Source of the DNA: Rhodomicrobiaceae bacterium
GTDB taxonomy: Bacteria > Pseudomonadota > Alphaproteobacteria > Rhizobiales > Rhodomicrobiaceae
NCBI GenBank assembly: GCA_965247345.1
Contig: CBDFGZ010000028.1
Coordinates: 5,435 to 69,434, forward strand
Direction: 5' to 3'
Length of the DNA stretch: 64,000 nt
The first letter of the stretch is position 1, and every line of letters begins with the position of its first letter. The notes beneath the pieces were generated by a model. The model was not told the DNA's origin, did not search any database, and saw only the letters and a list, made by a program, of their open reading frames with translations. A program made the position numbers and the translations under genes. This document shows, one piece after another, positions 59,635 to 64,000 of the stretch.

Positions 59635-61395
59635 TTAACGCATTTCAGCAATCGCTTCGATGCCCATGAGGCGCAACGCTGAACGCAACACGCTCGCGAC
59701 TGAGGTGATGAGCGCCAAACGCGCGCAGGTCATCTCCCGACTAACCTCACTAATGAACCGTAAATGTGGCGACTCTTTGCCCCGCGCCCACAGGCTGTGG
59801 AAACTGGATGCAAGGTCGTGCGCGTAGAATGCAATCCGGTGCGGTTCGTGCGCGATTGCCGCCGCCTCGATGGCACGGGGATATTGGGCCAGCTTCTTGA
59901 TGACCGCAAGTTCGGCTTCGTCCGTTAACAGTCCAAGATTTGCGTGCGCGAGATCGGCCGGAGAAAATGAGACATCCGGAAACGCCTCCATCGCCTTGGT
60001 CAGCACCGAGTGCGCTCGCGCGTGCGCATACTGCACGTAAAACACCGGGTTGTCGTTCGATTGCTCCAAGACCTTATCGAAATCGAAGTCGAGCGGCGCG
60101 TCGTTCTTGCGATAAAGCATCATGAACCGCACCGGCCCCGGCCCCACCTCATCCACCAGATCGCGCGCGGAAATGAAATTACCCGAGCGCTTCGACATTT
60201 TGAACGGCTCGCCGCCCTTGAACAGGTTCACGATCTGGCAGATTTTGACATCGATGTCAGCCTCGCCGTTCGACAAAGCTTTCACTGCCGCCGATAAGCG
60301 CTTCACATAGCCGCCGTGATCGGCACCAAGCACGATGATCATATGCTTGAAGCCGCGGCGGAATTTGTTGCGGTGATACGCCATATCCGGCGCGAAATAG
60401 GTATAGCCACCGTTGGATTTAATGAGGGCGCGGTCGGCATCGTCGCCAAAGTCCGTTGCGCGGAACAGCGTCTGCTCCCGGTCTTCCCAGTCGTCGGGCA
60501 TCTTGCCCTTGGGCGGTTCGAGGCGGCCCACATAGATCAGGTTTTTCGCGCGCAGTTCCTCGATGGTGTCGGCGACCTCGTTCGTGGCACCTTCCGATAG
60601 CGAACGTTCGGAGAAAAACACCTCGTGATGGATGCCTAACGCGGCCAGATCGTCGCGGATCAGGGCCATCATGGCAGCTACGGCCCGGTCACGAACCTTC
60701 GGCAGCCACAAACTTTCGGTTTCATTGAGCAGGCTTTTGCCGAACTCGGCAGCGAGCGCGTCACCGACCGGCTTCAAATATTCGCCCGGATAAAGCCCCC
60801 CCGGGATATCCCCGATATCCTCACCGAGCGCCTCGCGATAGCGTAAGAATGCGGACCGCGCCAGCATATCCACCTGACCGCCGCCATCATTCACGTAATA
60901 TTCGCGGACCGCCTTGTAGCCAGCAAAATCAAGCAGATTGCACAGCGCATCACCGAAGATCGCGCCGCGCGTATGGCCCACGTGAACCGGCCCTGTGGGG
61001 TTTGTGGAGACATATTCCACGTTCACGGCCTCTCCCGTTCCTACGTTGCTCCTGCCGTAATTGTCGCCCTGAGCAAGCATGTCGCGCAGAACCCCCGGCC
61101 AGAATTCCGGCTTGAGCGCCAGATTGATAAAGCCCGGCCCCGCAACATCCACGCGCGCGATATCATTGTCGGCGCGCAGTTTTTCCGCGATGGCTTCAGC
61201 GAGGTCTTTCGGGCTTTTGCGCGAAGGTTTGGCGAGCACCATCGCCGCATTGGTGGCGAGGTCGCCGTGGCTCGCGTCGCGGGGCGGCTCGACGACAAAG
61301 CCGGTAATTTTTGCCTCAGCGGAAAGCGTGCCTTCGGCCTGTAATGTATTGAGTGCAGACGCAATGCGCTGCTCGAATATGGCGAATATGTTCAT
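59635..61395 (-). CDS. argS: Arginine--tRNA ligase
   Basis: [12 protein letters not shown] (HIGH) and FKMSKRSG (KMSK). 586 aa. Confidence 0.95.
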   Translation of the reverse strand: MNIFAIFEQRIASALNTLQAEGTLSAEAKITGFVVEPPRDASHGDLATNAAMVLAKPSRKSPKDLAEAIAEKLRADNDIARVDVAGPGFINLALKPEFWPGVLRDMLAQGDNYGRSNVGTGEAVNVEYVSTNPTGPVHVGHTRGAIFGDALCNLLDFAGYKAVREYYVNDGGGQVDMLARSAFLRYREALGEDIGDIPGGLYPGEYLKPVGDALAAEFGKSLLNETESLWLPKVRDRAVAAMMALIRDDLAALGIHHEVFFSERSLSEGATNEVADTIEELRAKNLIYVGRLEPPKGKMPDDWEDREQTLFRATDFGDDADRALIKSNGGYTYFAPDMAYHRNKFRRGFKHMIIVLGADHGGYVKRLSAAVKALSNGEADIDVKICQIVNLFKGGEPFKMSKRSGNFISARDLVDEVGPGPVRFMMLYRKNDAPLDFDFDKVLEQSNDNPVFYVQYAHARAHSVLTKAMEAFPDVSFSPADLAHANLGLLTDEAELAVIKKLAQYPRAIEAAAIAHEPHRIAFYAHDLASSFHSLWARGKESPHLRFISEVSREMTCARLALITSVASVLRSALRLMGIEAIAEMR

Positions 61396-61438
61396 GGATG
61401 TGTTTTACGCGGGGTTCGGCATTGGGGCAATGGGGAGC

Positions 61439-61840
61439 TTAAAATAACCACCATCCGCAAACCATCAGCGTCGTTCCGACCAACGCGCCAATCAGTGGCC
61501 TGCTGAACCAGAAGCGCCACGCCAGGAATGCGAATGTTAGACCCACAAAAACCAGAACAGGTTTCAGCCATTCGATTTTGTAAACGGTTGCGATAACGAT
61601 AAGTAGCGAGAACAGAAGTATACCGATGGCATGGCTGATATTGAAACCGAGCAGAGCAGACCAGTAATCACGCCCATGAGGCGCTATACCAGGGCGGGTA
61701 GCTTTCATGGCCTCAAGAAGACTGCGGTCGCGCGGCGAAAAATAACGCGGCTTAGAAACGATATCACGCACGGTGTATAAGAGGTGCAGAAGCCCGAGCA
61801 TCGCGAATATCAAGACCGCAAGAATTATGAGGATGGGCAT
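61439..61840 (-). CDS. Small integral membrane protein (4 predicted TM), hypothetical
   Basis: 133 aa with four hydrophobic stretches. No family recognised. Confidence 0.5.
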   Translation of the reverse strand: MPILIILAVLIFAMLGLLHLLYTVRDIVSKPRYFSPRDRSLLEAMKATRPGIAPHGRDYWSALLGFNISHAIGILLFSLLIVIATVYKIEWLKPVLVFVGLTFAFLAWRFWFSRPLIGALVGTTLMVCGWWLF

Positions 61841-62022
61841 CCGTTTTCACACTTTTTGCGAACTGATAATGCCCATGAAATCGCCGAAATGAACGTTAGG
61901 CAAGGTATCGTCACGCCGCGCGGCGTTTCGTCATCACGGTTTTTTACTCGACGGTTCCCCAACATTATCGCCGTATAAAGTTCTTAACGTTCACTTAGAT
62001 AGCTATCTGAATAGTCGACTTC

Positions 62023-62358
62023 TCAGGGTCGGCTATCAAGGAGCGCGTTATACAAATTCGGAAATTTAGTTTGGTTGAAATAACGATCAAGCCTACGTTG
62101 TATTTCGATATCGGAACAAACGAATTGCCGATTATCCGGCAATGTGCCTACAACGATATTAGCCCCACTAGGTAAGGCTATTTTAAGATGATTATATAGT
62201 TGATTTAGTAGCAAACTCGACTTCAATTTCCAATCTGTTTCGTCAATGTGTATCGCACCTAGTGCTGTCATTGCGTTCCAGGCAGATTGATAATCTTGCC
62301 GCGTAGCAAAGGAATTCAGGGAAAAGCTGACTGAGTAGTTGTACATTTGAAGCCTCAT
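62023..62358 (-). CDS. Hypothetical protein in AT-richer islet
   Basis: 111-aa ORF that is markedly AT-richer than the flanks. No family recognised. Confidence 0.4.
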   Translation of the reverse strand: MRLQMYNYSVSFSLNSFATRQDYQSAWNAMTALGAIHIDETDWKLKSSLLLNQLYNHLKIALPSGANIVVGTLPDNRQFVCSDIEIQRRLDRYFNQTKFPNLYNALLDSRP

Positions 62359-62706
62359 TTATCGCGTTTAGGGGTAAGCCTTTATGAATACGCGACTAAA
62401 GAATCACAGGCTCCTTCGATAAAACAATGCATTCGCATATCGATTCCCGCAATACTAAATGTGTAATGCTTGCCGAAATTCTCCACCACATGTTGTTGCT
62501 ATCGCCGAAACCATGTCTTACAATAATCCCTATTAAATCTTGGAAATTCACGCCGGACAGGGCATCTTAAAGCCGTGCATAATTTCGTGGCCGCGGGTTT
62601 TTCGCATTGCCATAATATAGCGCCAGAAAAACCGCCGGCGTTCGACTAGGGGAGCTTTGCGGTTAAGCAAGCGCTGCCGGTTAGCTGTGTCTTCTTGTTG
62701 TGCGGC

Positions 62707-62850
62707 TTAAATGTAGTCGCGGATGGCTTCGTGCAGCGACCTATAGACTTCGTCAAAAGAGCGGCCTTGCACAGCCAAATCGAGGTCAAGGCAGAATGCC
62801 ACCCAAGCGCCTTCGTGGCCTTCTGCATAACAAACCAGTTTTTTACGCAT
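62707..62850 (-). CDS. Small HicB/DUF1902-like antitoxin-fold ORF (47 aa, candidate)
   Basis: Not in the ORF track (under 60 aa). Translates to MRKKLVCYAEGHEGAWVAFCLDLDLAVQGRSFDEVYRSLHEAIRDYI, which fits the HicB N-domain pattern (xGxWxAxxxDLxxxxxxGxxxxEaxxxlxEAI). Its ATG shares 1 nt with the stop of an upstream 45-aa ORF at 62850-62987. Confidence 0.35.
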   Translation of the reverse strand: MRKKLVCYAEGHEGAWVAFCLDLDLAVQGRSFDEVYRSLHEAIRDYI

Positions 62851-63049
62851 TAGATTATCTTGCAGGACCGTGAATGCTCAGTTCTGAAGCTCCTCCCCTC
62901 AGAATACATGACAACGAGCTTTCGCGAAAGTTGACCAAGGGTTCGCTCCCGACATCCGAAAGACCATGCGCTAGCATACGTTTTCATGGGTCGGACGCAC
63001 AGATAGCGGACAAAACCAGGGTCGCGGGATATGTAGCTTGATTGTGGAG

Positions 63050-63136
63050 TGGTGCCCAGGAAAGGACTCGAACCTTCACGCCCTTGCGAGCGCTAGCACC
63101 TGAAGCTAGTGCGTCTACCAATTCCGCCACCTGGGC
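63050..63136 (-). tRNA. tRNA-Leu (anticodon CAG)
   Basis: Reverse complement is GCCCAGGTGGCGGAATTGGTAGACGCACTAGCTTCAGGTGCTAGCGCTCGCAAGGGCGTGAAGGTTCGAGTCCTTTCCTGGGCACCA. Anticodon stem CTAGC/GCTAG, loop TTCAGGT and a long variable arm. 87 nt. Confidence 0.92.
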
Positions 63137-63244
63137 ATCCGCGTAGTGGTAAGTCTGCGGGGTGCTTTTGTCAAAACCTATTGTCGTGCATCCAACGTTT
63201 CACACCTGCGGGTTGTCTGCAGTGAACGTGCCGAACGAGTTGTC

Positions 63245-63760
63245 TCAACCCAGTTTATTCCAGGGTGATCCGGGGTTCCGCCTGGTGTCGCCAGATGCGT
63301 CCTTCGGAACCTCGGAAAACTCTACATCGATCACATCGTCCTTTTTGAGTGGACCGGCATTCGGTTTCGGGGGCTGTGGCTGTGTCGCGCCCCATGTCTG
63401 AAACCGGCCTCGGGCACTTGCCTCAAAGCCGCGCCAGACCAGTCGCCGCGTCGCAGGAATGATAAGCAGCAAGGCCAGAATGTCGCTTGTGAAGCCGGGA
63501 ACCATCAAAAGAATACCGGCGAAGCTCAACAAACCGCTGTCCAGCAATTGTTTTTCCGGAGAAACGCCCTGACGAAGCGCGGTTGCGAGCTTTCGTCCGA
63601 GCATGAACGTCTGAGACCGGATCAGATAGAAGCCTAACGCCGCAGACGCGAAAAGCAACAGCAAAACTGGGAAAAGCCCGATAACCCCGCTAACCCAGAC
63701 AATGGACATGATCTCAAGCACGGGGAGTGAAAACAACAGCAGAAAAAAAAGAAAGGGCAT
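63245..63760 (-). CDS. fxsA: FxsA family membrane protein
   Basis: LEIMSIVWVSGVIG...GILLMVPGFTSDILALLLIIPATRR. I prefer the ATG at 63760 (MPFLFFLLL). Confidence 0.8.
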   Translation of the reverse strand: MPFLFFLLLFSLPVLEIMSIVWVSGVIGLFPVLLLLFASAALGFYLIRSQTFMLGRKLATALRQGVSPEKQLLDSGLLSFAGILLMVPGFTSDILALLLIIPATRRLVWRGFEASARGRFQTWGATQPQPPKPNAGPLKKDDVIDVEFSEVPKDASGDTRRNPGSPWNKLG

Positions 63761-64000
63761 AACAATGATCCCGCACAAGCGTTTGTGGATATCTTTTGGT
63801 GAACCAGCTTTAGCGTGTCCCCGTTCCGGACAAAGCGCAACCGTCGAAAACACCAAAAACGAGTGTATGTACGCTATAGCCAGCCCTGCATCTAAAGCTT
63901 ATATGCCTGTCAGGGAAGAGTAGAACATCAGTCTCACGTTCAGGAAGCGAGCCACGCCTTGAAAATGAACGACCTCCTTGAATTACCAAACCTGCTTTTG

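Noticed and set aside
62850-62987. 45-aa ORF upstream of the HicB-like ORF as a HicA toxin
   Set aside because: The sequence (MKTYASAWSFGCRERTLGQLSRKLVVMYSEGRSFRTEHSRSCKII) lacks the HicA GSH-type signature and is shorter than HicA. Only the TAATG coupling is suggestive, so I mention it in a finding but do not call it as a feature.
1-64000. CRISPR arrays, rRNA genes, transposases, integrases and phage structural genes
   Set aside because: I saw no regularly spaced direct repeats, no rRNA-like conserved blocks and no ORF with DDE, tyrosine-recombinase, serine-recombinase or phage signatures on either strand.
63965-64000. Possible start of a plus-strand gene (MNDLLELPNLL...) at the window edge
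   Set aside because: Only 12 codons are visible, too few to support any call.

Overview
Gene-dense, high-GC chromosomal window. About 60 protein genes and three tRNAs (Thr-UGU, Asn-GUU, Leu-CAG) are supportable. I found no rRNA, CRISPR array, transposase, integrase or recognisable prophage. From about 1.8 kb onward the content and synteny are typical of a Hyphomicrobiales-type alphaproteobacterium: etfA-hbd, ALA synthase hemA, phosphatidylcholine synthase pcs, metX-metW, metZ and argS-SPOR-nagZ-scpA. The first ~1.8 kb is different. It carries a GT2 gene and a prepilin-type H-X9-DG protein typical of Planctomycetota/Verrucomicrobiota, and it abuts a 5-prime-truncated etfA, so I read it as an assembly, binning or concatenation junction. 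The most interesting locus is a divergent seven-gene cluster at 10.2-17.0 kb. One arm is an srsABC-like phenolic-lipid operon (type III PKS, methyltransferase, FAD oxidoreductase). The other arm, head-to-head with it, is a translationally coupled cassette of GT2 glycosyltransferase, ACAD-fold flavoprotein, PIG-L/LmbE de-N-acetylase and NodS-like methyltransferase, whose product is not known to me. Other items worth a second look are: a 25% histidine protein with in-frame 15-bp tandem repeats; a ~585-aa NYN (LabA-like) protein with LOTUS-like modules; a 1-nt-overlap pterin operon behind nadK; a compositionally odd ORF wedged inside a molybdoenzyme/flavin-reductase pair; a signal-peptide DedA overlapping a TusA-like gene; an ~89-bp inverted-repeat intergenic element in 2 full copies and 1 partial copy; and an AT-richer islet at the 3-prime end of tRNA-Leu. 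Start codons are often ambiguous because the ORF track includes GTG/TTG starts. Many long ORFs in the track are antisense shadows of real genes. All functional calls rest on motif and family recognition by eye, not on database searches.
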